Source: Eledone cirrhosa
Lineage: Eukaryota
Reading direction: 5' to 3'
DNA length: 64,000 bases
Assembly (NCBI GenBank): GCA_964016885.1
Contig: OZ024747.1
Span: 56,730,001 to 56,794,000, forward strand
Shown here: piece after piece, positions 1 to 12,990 of the stretch
Layout: each line of letters starts with the position of its first letter
How positions within the stretch are numbered: position 1 is the stretch's first letter
Made by a program: the position numbers and the translations under genes
Notes under the pieces: generated by a model
What the model was told of the DNA's origin: nothing
Seen by the model: only the letters and a program-made list of their open reading frames with translations
Databases searched by the model: none

Positions 1-1167
1 ATATATATATATATCCATATATGTATATGTGTATACATATATACATACATACAAAAGTGTATATGTGTGTGAATGCATAATATGACTGCATATAATAATT
101 GGAGTGTTTACATATGTGTGATATTGTGATTTACCATTGTTTATTTTTGTAGTTTTATTTTCTTTTTGTATTTTTATTTCTGCTAATCATCATCATCATC
201 TTCATCATCATTATCATTTATATCGTCATCACCTTTGTTATGATGATTATCTTTATGATAAATCACATCACTGTCATCATCATTATTATCATCTTTTCGT
301 TTCAAATTATGATTATTACTTATCTTCTTTCTCTCTAGCCCCTCTTCTTCCCACCTCTTTCACCCCTGCTTCTTTCACTTTTTTCCCTTTTCTCCCCACC
401 TCTTTACCTCTCTTCTTTCCTTTTCTTTCCCCCTTTTCCCCACCTCTTTTCCCTTCTCCCCACCTCTTCCCATCTCTTTCACCTCTTCTTCTTTCCCTTT
501 CTCCCCCACCTCTTTCTCTTAAGAAATACTTTTACATTTTCCTTAAGAATTACATCAATCAATCAGTCATTGTATTAAAAAAATTACTTACACTTACTAT
601 TCTTATTTTTATTATTATTATCATTGGAATTGTTTTTAATTTTGCTGCTGTGTTGTTGTTGTTGTTGATATTGTTGTGCAGCTGTTGTTGTAGTTGTTGT
701 AGTTATTGTGTTGTTGTTTGATTTAATCAAAGCAAAAGGGAAATTTTTGTAAATTAAAAAAATATATATTTCAAAACTTAAAAGAAAAACACATATATAA
801 ACTCCATAAATAAAAAATAAAAATAAAAAAACGTGAAAAATAATGTGATATATTTTGGAGATAAAAGAATATTTTTATAAAACCTATCAATTTTTCAAAG
901 AAATAATTTATCAATTAGGATATGAATATGTAATATGTATTACAAAAAATAATGAGCTTTATTGGGGTTTTTTAATCATTTTTTCCATTTAGTTGTTTTA
1001 AATCAATCAGGTTTAAATACATTTGTTTATTTATCCATTTGAAAGGTTTTTAACAATTTTGTTATATTCCTAATGGAATACTCTGTCAATGATTTTCAAA
1101 TTACTTTGTAAATAATGAAGAATTTCAAGGAATTTGGTAATATTTCCCATTATTAAACTGGTGTAGG

Positions 1168-1385
1168 ATGGCGGATTGGCAGTATCGGTAGAGTGTCGGA
1201 CAACATGCTTTGTGGAATAGTGTTACAGCTCTTTATGATCTGAATTCAATCCCATTGAGGTTAGCTTTGGCTTTCATCTTTATGGGGTTGATAAAATAAA
1301 GTACCAGTAATACACTGAGGCATTTAATCGACTTTCCCCTCACTCAAAATTGCTGGCCTTGTGTCTAAATCAGAAACCATTAATA
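1168..1385 (+). mobile_element. tRNA-related SINE, family B (Nin/Sauria-like central motif)
   Basis: GGCGGATTGGCAGTATCGGTAGAG head, B-box-like GAATTCAATCC and central CTTTCATC...GGGGTTGATAAAATAAAGTACCAG motif. Similar copies at about 1395-1565, 23945-24140, 25570-25720(-), 35520-35650, 39975-40190(-), 55060-55310 and 63715-63905. Confidence 0.75.
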
Positions 1386-1709
1386 AACTGATGTAGTATT
1401 GGTAGAGCATTGGACAACATGGTTTGTGGAATTCTGTTACATCTCTTTATGTTCTGAGTTCAAATCCCACCAATGTTAGCTTTGCTTTTCATCTCTATGT
1501 GTTGATAAAATAAAGCATCAGTAATGCACTTGGGTCAATTTATTTGACTTTCCACCTCCCCCAAATTAACATGTTGAAAAAGGAGCTTTGTATGCACAAT
1601 GGAGAGTTTCAACTGGTTTGTTATAAAAAACCTTAATTAATATGTAGTCATCTCTAAATAGGTAGCATGTAAGTAGAGTCATGAGAATGTCTGATAGAAT
1701 ACTTTACAG

Positions 1710-2019
1710 CAGGGGTTCTCAACCGTTTTCTCTGTGGACCACCAAAATAAGTAATTTTTTCCTGTGGACCACCTAAACTTTTAAATCTTTTGTAATAGAA
1801 CTTATAAGCATCAGTAGATGTTTTTTTTTCAATGAATTAGAAAATGCTATTATCATGTCACAGTGCCTAAAAATCTACGCAAATAAACAGTTGAAGTCGT
1901 ACTTATGCGAAGAATAAGAACAGCGCTTTAAGTCAAATGCATGGATCAAAAAAGAATTTGCTATTGAAAATTTTCTGTGGACCACTAGTAGCCCACATGG
2001 ACCAGGTTGAGAACCCCTG
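1710..2019. mobile_element. hAT (Charlie-like) MITE
   Basis: TIRs CAGGGGTTCTCAACC / GGTTGAGAACCCCTG; 8-bp target duplication ctttacag / ctttgcag; inserted into a degenerate family-B SINE. Confidence 0.85.
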
Positions 2020-2432
2020 CTTTGCAGTATTCATTGTAGCCTTCTATACTCAAATCTCACCAAGGTTAACTTTGTCTTTTATAATTTTGAGTTTGAGAAA
2101 TAAAATCTAAATTGAGAACTGGTTTGATTCTTCTCTCTCTCTCTCTTTCCTTCTCTCTCTCTCTCTTTCTCTCTCGCTCTCTCTCTCACTTTCTCTCATT
2201 CTCATATTTATATACTTACACATATACACACGCCCATACGCATGTGCACACACACATACACACATCACACACTCACACATGTAAAGTTATGATGAGAACA
2301 GACTGGTCAAGTTGAGCATTTAAGGATCTCTCTAGTGATGCTGCTATGATAAAACATACCTGATATAATTTGTAAAATGATTAGTGATAGGAAATTCCTC
2401 CAGCCATAGAAGCCATGTACAAAATGAAATGT

Positions 2433-2660
2433 TTAACCCTTTACCATTAACACAGGCTGTATCCAGCCAGAATTCTCTCACCTCTTTCTGTTGAAACTGG
2501 CTGTAACCAGCCACTCATACTGATATTAAGGTATTGTTCTCAAAATAAATAATATCAAAATCATATAGATTCAATATTATGTGAGATAATTATGTGAGGT
2601 AATCCTTTACCATGGAAATATAATAGTAAATATAGAGTAATGTAAATGCTAAAGGGTTAA
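2433..2660. mobile_element. piggyBac-type MITE
   Basis: TTAA-CCCTTTACCATT ... AATGCTAAAGGG-TTAA ends; a similar copy begins TTAACCCTTTAGCATTT at about 23427-23640. Confidence 0.7.
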
Positions 2661-2894
2661 GTGATCATCTATAAAAGCAGTAAATCCAAATAAAACCAAT
2701 CCATCAATCTCATGCCACAAATATTCTCTGGTTGTAGTGGTAAAAAAGCCTTCCAATATATAAAAGTGGCATGGTTCAATTCCAGCAGGCATCAATTCAA
2801 TTCTTTTCCAACTCAAGGGGTTAGATTCCCAATTTCCTTCCATATTATTGAAGTGAATATGCATTGTAATAGCCTTTGCCAAAAAAGCAAAAAC

Positions 2895-3355
2895 TCTTCT
2901 TCTTCTTCTTCTTCTTCTTCTTCTTCTTCTTCTTCTTCTTCTTCTTCTTGCTCCTCCTCTTCCTCCTCCTCCTCCTCCTCCTTCACCCACTTATTCCTAA
3001 GTCCTTAAACACTCCTTCCAGCAAGTCCTATCAGAAGCAATCCTCTCCAACAGATCCAGCCAGATCCCCCAAGCAGGACCAGCCAAGCTCATGGATGTTA
3101 TCCAAACAATTTGCTCAGGGTTTACCTCTGGGTCTGCTGCCAGTTGGTTTTCCCTGTAAAATTTGTCCAGCATTTCTTTCCTGAAAATTTCTAACCACAT
3201 TCTCATACTATTGGAGCTGTGGTCTCCCAATTTGGTGAAGTACTGGCTCTACCTGGAGTGACTCTCAGATCTCTGAGCTACGCACTCTATCGAGTAACAT
3301 TACTCCAAAGGCCCTTCAGAGGGATGCCATTTCAGCCGCTTGTATTCACGATCAT
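2895..3355 (-). mobile_element. RTE-clade LINE 3' fragment with (GAA)n tail
   Basis: Minus-strand peptide ends ASDRTCWKECLRT, near-identical to 36260-36469 (ASDRTCWKEYLRT); followed by GAATAAGTGGG and the (GGA)n/(GAA)n tract. Confidence 0.75.
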
Positions 3356-3393
3356 ATTCTGAAATATATATACATATACTTACATACAAATAA

Positions 3394-3436
<43 letters not shown>

Positions 3437-3527
3437 GAGAGAGAGAGAGAGAGAGAGAGCGAAAGAGTAAGAGAGAGAAAGAGATTGATAAAGAGAAAGT
3501 GATCAGATGAGTGTTTAAAATATAAAA

Positions 3528-3871
3528 TATCATCATCATCATCATCATTTTACGTCCGCTTTCCCCTGCTTTCAAGGGTGGGACGGGAACTGATTCTGGC
3601 TTGATTTCTACAGCTGGATGCCCTTCCTAACACCAACCTCATTTACAGAGAGTGCTGGGTGCTTTTTTGCCGTGGCACCTCCACGACCACTTTGCAGTGG
3701 AATGATAGAGACCCCAGTCCTATCATCTCATTTCTACAGCTGAGTAAACCGGAGCAATGTGAAATAAAGTGTGTTGCTCAAGGAAACAACACATCATCCA
3801 GTCTGAGATTTGAACTCACAACCTTTCGATTGCAAGGACAATGTTCTAACCATTAAGCCATGTGCCTCCAT
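3528..3871 (-). mobile_element. young tRNA-derived SINE, family A (CORE-like body, RTE-type tail)
   Basis: Reverse complement of the ~340-bp unit at 20319, 41542, 53458, 58526 and 62599; A box, B box and (ATG)n tail. Confidence 0.9.
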
Positions 3872-3983
3872 CCAAAATATATACATGTATATGTGTTTGA
3901 GTTAGTGTGCATGTACATATGCATGCAATTTACTTATTTATTCTGTCTTCCCTTGCTATGATGATGATGCAGGTATATAGCAT

Positions 3984-4055
<72 letters not shown>

Positions 4056-5877
4056 CTCATACATATATACATACATATTAATGTATAATCATATGTTTGG
4101 TTGTATGTGTATGAAATATGCACAGCAAATGTTACCTTCACCATTTTCACAGTCAAGTCTCTCCAATCCAATATTCAATTTCCTGTGATTTCATTGAAAT
4201 CTTTTCACCTTCTGTAAAAAGAAATCTAGGTTAGACAATCGAAAACATTAAGGTTACATAGAAACTGTAATTTCTATTCCATTGCCATGATGAAATTGAA
4301 ATAACCAAAGGACAAATTCTTGATGGAATCACGAAACTAACTTGAATCTTGTGAAATTTTTATCTATGTAGATATAGAAAGAAGCAGAATAAATTTAATA
4401 AAGCATTTTTGTGACTTTCTACAGAGAAAATTAGCTATAGAACCAGTTTGGAAATGTAATGAGACTTTTGATAAATAGATATATTTCTGAGTTAAGGAAT
4501 ATTATGGGCTTTCTGTTGAGTAATTACAACTAAATTAAATGCATAAATGAAAACTTAATGCAATTAATGCAAATAACGACTAATCTAATTAACTCTTGTT
4601 GAGATAATCTGAAACTTATGTCTAGTTCATTAACTGTAAGTTGTAATGTAAAAATATTTATTACTATATATTTAATAAAAAAACATTACCTATGCTTTAC
4701 AAATCATTTGGAAAATAATTAAGTATTGGGAGGATTTAGTATATAACTAATTTTCTCCTTATTAAGCTGGTGTTTGTAGCACAAGTTAAACTTAAAAGTT
4801 CTTATATAAAATTCTGATGGAAGATTTTTTTAAATACCAAACCAGCCAAATTTGGCACTGGTTCTATGAAACAAAACCATCGATTATAAAGTGTTCCTAT
4901 TTATATTAAAATCTTCCAACATAATTTTATATAAGTAAAGAAATTAATATTTTTGTAAATTAAAATAGATTGTATTTCATTAAAAGAAATATGGTTACAA
5001 AAGGGTTAAAACAAAGAATGTATATCATAGAAATAAGATTGGTTTCAAGTGGTTTAGTATCAAACTTGTTAAGATACACAAGTAGGGAAGAAAAAGGAAG
5101 AGAAATTAACTGATAGTTCGATAAGGCCAAGGACATAATATTTCCTTTAGTATTTTCATTGCTGATGCTACGTTCTGGTCACAACACCTGCCTGAAGAAA
5201 CAATGTGAAATATAATATTTTGCTCAAGAACAGAATGTGTCACCCAATCCAGGAACTCAATTAGCCACAGAACTAGGAAACAAGGTTACCCTTATAATAT
5301 TTCCGACATGATACTATTTATATATTACACCCTTGTGATGTGGTTGATGAGCAAAAGGAGACAATATAGGTGTAAGTCTTGCCAAGTGCATCTTTCTAGT
5401 AGTGGTACCAACATAAAATTCTCCCATCATTTAATTAGGGTAACAGCCTTCCTAGACATGTCAGGGCACAATAGTTTATGCATAGGTTCTAGCTTTAGCA
5501 TGATTTCTGTCTGGATGCTCTTCATAATACCAAACACTTTACTGACTGTCCAACCTCTGACAGAATGGTCAGTTGGTGCAAAATGCTGGAGGTCTTGATG
5601 ATGAAGGTGCTATATATATATGTGTGTGTGTGCACGCACGTGTGTGTATACATTTATATATATATATATATGTGTGGATGTATGTGTGTGTGTGTGTATG
5701 TATTTATTAGTTGTGTGGTTTTAGAATGAAGCCCTATTCTTCTACAGGACTAGAAATGTTTCATTTGAAAAAAACTCATTGGGGCTTTCCTTATGATTTC
5801 TCTCAAATGAAACAGTTCTAGTTTTGTAGAAGCCATTTCTATATTAAATTGGATATATATATATATGTGTGTGTGTG

Positions 5878-5908
<31 letters not shown>

Positions 5909-5909
5909 T

Positions 5910-6467
5910 ATGTCAGGTCACCAGTTGGTGCTACTGGTAACATGTATCCCAGTACAACCTGTCTCATGGTCGGGTCGTTGGCGACTAAACTGGCAACCCC
6001 ACCAAGGTTTCTTGGTGAGGAGGGTGACTTTGGACATCCTGCAAGACTAAAAACAAAACCTGTCAAAGGGCAAAGGACCTCTTAAGAGTCAATGGCCATC
6101 CAAAATCACCGGGAGAGATGACCCCTTAGCTTTTGTCAAGGCAGAATTCTAGGAGAAGGAAAACTCTGATATAACACCTGCAACCCTGATGGTATCCAAT
6201 GATGTTGACTTGTTCTTCTCTTTGGTAAATATCATCTTGGTCAAGAGAGTGGGACTGGCTTTGTGCAGTGCCTTTGCAGTGCCTTGCTATAAAAGCTTCA
6301 CAGCACAGGCATTTCTTTATATCTGGAGATCTCTCTGCACTTGTCGTCACATGGTATCATGGGCCCAGCACTATGTGTAGTGTTTGTACTTGAGTTGTCA
6401 AGTCACTGGCTAGACTAAAAAGTCACATTCGTTCAGCCGTACTCGAAAACGAGTTGGCAGCCACCAT
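5910..6467 (+). repeat. interspersed ~600-bp non-coding repeat (copy 1), RTE-leader-like
   Basis: Near-identical to 57663-58270; both start TGTCAGGTCACCAGTTGG and end AGTTGGCAGCCACCA; flanked by TA-rich tracts. Confidence 0.8.
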
Positions 6468-6519
6468 ATATATATATATATATATATAGGTGTGTGTGTA
6501 TGTATATATATATACATAT

Positions 6520-6654
6520 AACAAAGAAAATGTGGTAAGGAACCAGATGGACCATAACGCACCAAAGTACTCAATACTTAGGGTAGTAGAGTGGGTAATA
6601 GGAACGAGTAGGACCCCGATGGCTGAGCTCAAGCCGTTTCGACGGCTAATTCTG

Positions 6655-6659
<5 letters not shown>
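6520..6659 (-). mobile_element. short element with the 3' half of a hammerhead ribozyme (copy 1, truncated at stem II loop)
   Basis: Homologous to 19266-19460, 53813-54028 and 63121-63314; minus strand reads AGTCCAGAATTAGCCGTC-GAAA-CGGCTTGAGCTCAGCCA-TC-GGGG. Confidence 0.7.
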
Positions 6660-6708
<49 letters not shown>

Positions 6709-6739
6709 TATATATATATTTATTAAAATAACAGATTAA

Positions 6740-6790
6740 AGTTTAAGCAAAGAATCGCTGCTTTCACCCTTAGTGGGATCTTCTGAAATT
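6740..6790 (-). ncRNA. hammerhead-like motif, CAGAAGA core (U4A), left arm of palindrome
   Basis: aattt-CAGAAGA-tcccactaagggt-GAAA-gcagcgattctttgc-TT-aaact. Confidence 0.5.
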
Positions 6791-6933
6791 AAAAAATAAT
6801 GATGTATTATCTTCGTTTTTTTCCGTTCTTTGCCAGGGAACGTTTTCATGAACCAAAGTATCGTCTTCCTGTCTTCCTTCGGTTGCAAAGCTTTTTTAAA
6901 TATTTACTTCTGCGTTCACAGAATGACTTTTTT

Positions 6934-6984
6934 AGTTTCAGATGATCCCGTTAAGGCTGAAAGCAGCAATTCTTTGCTTAAACT
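6934..6984 (+). ncRNA. hammerhead-like motif, CAGATGA core (U4A), right arm of palindrome
   Basis: agttt-CAGATGA-tcccgttaaggct-GAAA-gcagcaattctttgc-TT-aaact; stem I agttt/aaact; stem III AGCA/TGCT. Confidence 0.55.
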
Positions 6985-7317
6985 TTAATCTGTTATTTTA
7001 ATAAATATTTGCTCTACGATTCTTATATATTTGATATATATTTATCCTTATCGAGCCTTTCTTTGGATTTTAGTCTTCAAATTTATTATTATTACTATAT
7101 ATATATATATATTTATACATATATATGTATATATGTACATATATATATATAAATATATATCTACATATATATATATATATATATATGCAAAAGTTCTATT
7201 TAAAATTGTTGGGATACAACAAGTAAATATTTTATAACTGATATAAAGCACTCGACAAGTTTTTGGAGTAGATATACGATATTAAATAAATGGAAACTAT
7301 ATTTATAAAACCATATT

Positions 7318-7382
7318 TATTTCATTATACATATTTCAGGGATACCAAATTAAAATATGGTATGCCTTCATCAGACAAAATA
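7318..7382 (-). ncRNA. type I hammerhead ribozyme (left arm of palindrome)
   Basis: Reverse complement of 7650-7714. Confidence 0.75.
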
Positions 7383-7649
7383 CAATATATAAACAGTTTT
7401 ATGAATAATTATTAGATGTGACCATTATTTTTGGAAGCTGTCTGGATAGTGAGATGTTTATAATTATTTTATTAGTTATAGTGTTAAGCACAGTTAGAAA
7501 AAAGATGGAGAGAAAAAAAAAACGGAGAGTGCTTAACACTATAACTAATAAAATAATTATAAACATCTCACTTTCCAGACAGCTTCCAAAAATAATGGTC
7601 GCATCTAATAGGGTACGTCAAAATTATTTATAAAACTGTTTATATATTG

Positions 7650-7714
7650 TATTTTGTCTGATGAAGGCATACCATATTTTAATTTGGTATCCCTGAAATA
7701 TGTATAATGAAATA
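7650..7714 (+). ncRNA. type I hammerhead ribozyme (right arm of palindrome)
   Basis: tattttgt-CTGATGA-aggcatacca/tattttaatt/tggtatccct-GAAA-tatgta-TA-atgaaata; 8-bp stem I with two G-U pairs; predicted AUA cleavage after 7706. Confidence 0.75.
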
Positions 7715-7754
7715 AATATGGTTTTATAAATATAGTTTCTATTTATTTAATATC

Positions 7755-7832
<78 letters not shown>

Positions 7833-8144
7833 TATATATATATATATGTGTGGGTGTATGTGTATTTGTTGGTTGTGTGGTTCTAGAATGAAGATCACCA
7901 CCACCTTCTATCTTCAATTGATCAACAGACAACATAATTTACATTCACTGCAGAAGTTATATTCTTCAATTCCATTATAATTCTATCATCTCCAGATTAA
8001 CTTTTAATATTTGTCATTCTTTATTTTCCTTGCCTCCCACTTTGTATCTTTTTATATTCCACTCTTTTTCAGAAAACAAACAATGTATTCATGATATTGT
8101 CTTCTCGTCACTGGTTGTATATATATATATATATATATATATAT

Positions 8145-9185
8145 GCAATAAGTAGCAGCAAGTGCCCACAAACTACTAGCTCTTTCAATTGCGCAGAGGG
8201 TTCTATAGAAATAGTGGACAGCTTCCGTTACCTGGGCGATAAAATCAGCAGTGGGGGAGGGTGCTCTGAAAGTACTGTAGCTAGAGTCAGAACTGGTTGG
8301 AAAAAGTTCAGAGAGCTTATACCACTATTAGCTGCTAAAGGGTTCTCACTAAAAATGAAAGGCAGGTTGTACGATGCCTGCATACGAACAGCAATGCTGC
8401 ATGGCAGTGAGACCTGGGCATTGTGTGCAGAGGATATACGCAGACTAGAGAGGAACGAAGCTTGCATGCTCCGCTGGATGTGTAACAGTAATATACGTGA
8501 ACGGCAAAGCATAAACGAACTAAGGAATAAATTAGAGATAAGAGGGATCAGATGTTGTTTACTCGAGAGAAGGCTACGTTGGTATGGACACGTGATGCGC
8601 ATGAAAGTCGATAGCTGTATAACAAAGTGCAGGGCAATAAAGATAGACGGTAGTCACGGAATAGGCAGACCTAGAAAAACCTGGGACGAGCTGATAAACT
8701 CCGACATCACACACTTACACCTCTCCAAGACAATGTCACTGGACCGAGACCTTTGGCGGTACTCAGTAACAGAGAAGACCCGCCTTACCTAAATATATAG
8801 TAAAACCTACTCCAGCCAGTAGGCATCTCTAACAAATACACCCCGTCCCACCACCCCCACCCGATCCACACCACCCCGTTCTATGTAAAGTTATGTTGGT
8901 GCCGCGCCATCGAGGCCGAAACAAATGAGATCGTGTAGGTGTCACGACAAAAAAACACACAGTCCACGCTGTAATGTGGCCGTGTAGGCAACACGGTAAA
9001 AACCTCCCAGACCCACACTGTAAATGTGGTTGGTGTTAGGAAGGGCATCCAACTGTAGAAAACCTGCCAGACAGTCCTATGCGAGCAAGACAATCACTCT
9101 TGCCTCAAGTGGGACTACCCCCGTCCAAACCCATGCAAGCGTGGAACACGGACGTTAAACGCTGATGATGATGATGATGATGATG
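8145..9185 (+). mobile_element. RTE-clade LINE, 5'-truncated, with 3' UTR and (ATG)n tail
   Basis: Open peptide with FRYLG, LHGSETW, RRLRWYGHVMR and GRPRKTW to stop at 8792; near-identical to 48426-49070(-); starts in (TA)n. Confidence 0.92.
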
Positions 9186-9204
9186 ATATATATGTTTGTA
9201 TATC

Positions 9205-9235
<31 letters not shown>

Positions 9236-9264
9236 GTATGTTTGTATATCTATATATATATGTG

Positions 9265-9306
<42 letters not shown>

Positions 9307-9413
9307 TATGTGTATATATTTATATATTTATACATGTACATATATATATATGTACATGTATATATATATAAATATATACACATATATATAGATATACAAA
9401 CATACATATATAT

Positions 9414-9447
<34 letters not shown>

Positions 9448-9514
9448 GTATGCTTGTATATCTATATATATGTGTATATATTTATATATATATACATGTA
9501 CATATATATGTATA

Positions 9515-9592
<78 letters not shown>

Positions 9593-9620
9593 CACACACA
9601 TATATATATATATATATATA

Positions 9621-9717
9621 TGTAAAAGGTAAACAGAAATAACAACACAATCGGTACAGTATATGGAAGGTATATATTAGGTTAACGCTTGATATAGCCA
9701 GAAGAGGGTCTTAACAT
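9621..9717 (-). repeat. truncated copy of the HHR-bearing element at 62973-63100
   Basis: Shares TGTAAAAGGTAAACAGAAATAACAACACAATCGGTACAG...; homology stops a few bases past the predicted cleavage site; a shorter copy lies at about 41298-41345. Confidence 0.7.
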
Positions 9718-9751
9718 TATATATATATATATATACTACATATACATACAC

Positions 9752-9806
<55 letters not shown>

Positions 9807-9926
9807 GGTGCTATAGTTTCATTTTTAACATTTTTGTGATCATATTTATGCATGGTTGGATTGTTTGTTTGTCATGTTTTAGTAAAATGTTGTTGCTATA
9901 TTTTTAGTGTGTTTTATACATATGAC

Positions 9927-9999
<73 letters not shown>

Positions 10000-10621
10000 A
10001 TTAATCTTGTTTCAATATATGTCCTTAAGAATTGAATGAATGCTATTTAAATTACAGTTAGCTTTGTTGATACATATTAAGATATGAGGGGACCAAGCTA
10101 GACATTGTCATTTTTAGCTGTACTTTGTTGATGTTCTTTTTAAGTTTTGTCTATCAGAGTTCAATACCAATAGGCTGCAACATTATAAGCACATATGTTT
10201 TAGATGGAAAGACATATTTTTATTGTATAGAGATAGACTGATATACATACACAGTGGTTACTAGATAGCATAAGAGAGAGCGATTGACACATTACATATG
10301 AATGTATGTATGTATGTATATATGTATGTATGTATCCATGCATGTATGTACGTAAATATGTATCTTATCTCTTTCTCTTAATTTTGAGTATATTTTTTTG
10401 ACCGGCCACCTTCCTGGTGGCAAGGTTGTAAAAGAAAAGAAATTGTCATCCCTTTAATCGCAAGAATGTTTTGCAAATTTTGAAGGTGCCAGCTATCGCA
10501 GCCATTTGTAGACTATGAATTAGGGAGCTGCGTTCTTTGTCCGTATGTATGTATGTATGTCTCCATGCATGTATGTATGCACATATGTATGTATCCATGC
10601 ATATATGTATATATGTATGTA

Positions 10622-10671
<50 letters not shown>

Positions 10672-10981
10672 AGGGGGGTGTAGATATAAACAGAAATAAC
10701 AAACCAATATATATATTTATATATATATATATAAGTACTGGGATGCAGCGAATAAGAGGTGTTTGCATTTATCCTTGCACAAGTGCTGTTAGAAATGATG
10801 ATGATGGGGAAGGTGGTTGTAGCAGTGCAGTGAGATATTGTTGAAATTGAATTGGGCAAGAGGCTATTGTTGTCTGCATGGGTTTACTGTTGTTGCTGTT
10901 CTTGTTGTCATTCCTGTTCTACTTTTTGTTACTTTCATGTTACTTGTGTTGATTACTCTTGATTTTGCTGTTATTGTAGTT

Positions 10982-11083
<102 letters not shown>

Positions 11084-11351
11084 ACAGTGGTGCAGATACA
11101 GTAAGATACAGTAAGGTGTGATGTGGTGGTGATACATACTAACACATGCACACACAGGCACACAGAATACACATACTCACACAGACATGATTATATATAT
11201 ATATATATGTATGTGTGTGTATATATATATATAGAGAGAGAGAGAGAGAAAATTGAGGTTGGTAATGGCACATGGAATATATAAGAGACAGAATACTTTT
11301 TTGTGAAAAAACATATAATTTTATAAGGTAAGGAAATAATAAAGGGTATAA

Positions 11352-11399
11352 AAAATGACCGGTTTCGATGGGTCTGCAAAAGCCATCTTTTCAAATGTT
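11352..11399 (-). ncRNA. hammerhead motif with U3-A8 core in a ~220-bp repeated element (11249-11472)
   Basis: aacat-TTGAAAA-gatgg/cttttgcagac/ccatc-GAAA-ccgg-TC-atttt; palindromic stem III ACCGGT; weak stem I; identical at 52466-52513. Confidence 0.55.
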
Positions 11400-11572
11400 G
11401 ATTAATATTAAGAAAAATTAATAATACGAAGAGTTAAAATTTGAGATTTGAAAATTCAAGTATAAAATTCATTGTGGGATTTCATAGTAGTTTTCATCTT
11501 GGTAGCAACAAGTTGACTGCTGTGTCTCTTTCTGGTATATATATATATATATATATGTGTGTGAGTATATTC

Positions 11573-11658
<86 letters not shown>

Positions 11659-11688
11659 TATATGTATGTATGTATATGTATATATATA

Positions 11689-12365
11689 GATTAAGTGACC
11701 TGGAATTAGCTGATGACATCGCAGTGATAGGCCATTCCCAAGAAGACCTGCAAGAGATGACAAACGTTCTAAATGACAATGCAGAGAAAGTTGGCCTGCG
11801 CATCAGTTGTGAAAAAACCAAGACCATGTCGACAGGTGACCCTCCAAATCCTCCCATCATGGTTGGTCAGCGTAACATTAAATGTGTAAACCACTTCCAA
11901 TACCTTGGCAGCAACATCTCTGATGATGGGGATGCTGAGGAGGATGTGCGCACAAGGCTGGAAAATGCAGCGGCGGTCTTCCAGTGACTCCGTACGGTAT
12001 GGGCCAGGTGTTCCATCGGCAACGCCATCAAATTCCGTGTTTACATGTCCATTGTAGTACATACAGCGATATATGCCTGTGAGACATGGAAGAGTACGGA
12101 AAGTGTATGTAACAAGCTTGATGTATTCCACCATCGTTGCATTCGGACCATATTGAAAATTTCATGGAGAGACCAAGTTAGCAACGAGGAAGTGATGAGG
12201 AGGTCAGGATTGGAGAGGTTAAGGGACATTGTCCGGAAAGGAGACAGCGGTTCGCAGACCACATCCTTCGTTTGCCGGCAGATCGACCTGCTCATATTGC
12301 CATGGATTGGGTACCAGAAGGTGGCAGGAGAGAACGGAGAAGACCACGAAAAACATGGCGTCCTT
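11689..12365 (+). mobile_element. RTE-clade LINE RT fragment (frameshifted)
   Basis: [12 protein letters not shown] (RT catalytic motif), FQYLGS, YACETW, ILKISWRD and a downstream RGRPRKTW-like segment; stop at 11985-11987. Confidence 0.88.
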
Positions 12366-12809
12366 CAAATGTATTATATGTCCTTACCAGCAAAGTCTTC
12401 TCTCTTGCATGCATCATTTGATTTCTCTTATGCTCAGCTTTTCTTTCTACTCATCCCTGCTTTGACATTCATTCACATTAACATTATACTTCTATTAAAG
12501 TATGCTCAATTCCTTTTACACTAGCTTTTTCATATCCACTGCATTTAACTACAATACTGGAAAATAGCTGTGAAAATAGCTTTAGAAAATCGAATAAAAA
12601 TAACCCTATAGGGGGAAAAGGTGACCAGCTGCTACTACAGGGAATCGAACTCTGTACCATTGAAAACCTAATATTTAGGATTATAAAAAACGGTATCTGT
12701 TGTCAGGGGTCATTTAGCTCAATGGTACAGAGTTCAATTCTCTGTAGAGGCTGTCACTTATTCCATCTATTGGTGTATTTTTACCTGATTTTCTAAAGCT
12801 GTTTTCACA

Positions 12810-12877
12810 GTTCTTGTCTAGTATTCCAGATTTCCTGTCTTTCTAAAAATATTTCAACTCACTAGATGCTTTAATAT

Positions 12878-12921
<44 letters not shown>

Positions 12922-12990
12922 ATATTAAAGCATCTAGTGAGTTGAAATATTTTTAGAAAGACAGGAAATCTGGAATACTAGACAAGAACT
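12810..12990. repeat. near-perfect inverted repeat centred on (TA)n
   Basis: gttcttgtctagtattccagatttcctgtc...atacaaa (TA)n tttgtat...gacaggaaatctggaatactagacaagaac. Confidence 0.9.

Noticed and set aside
5190-5225. CTGAAGA...GAAA spacing
   Set aside because: No stem I; explained as the reverse complement of a decayed SINE core.
5308-5598. 96-aa ORF in complex sequence (also 61548-61872)
   Set aside because: No recognisable motif in the frames examined and no convincing splice context.
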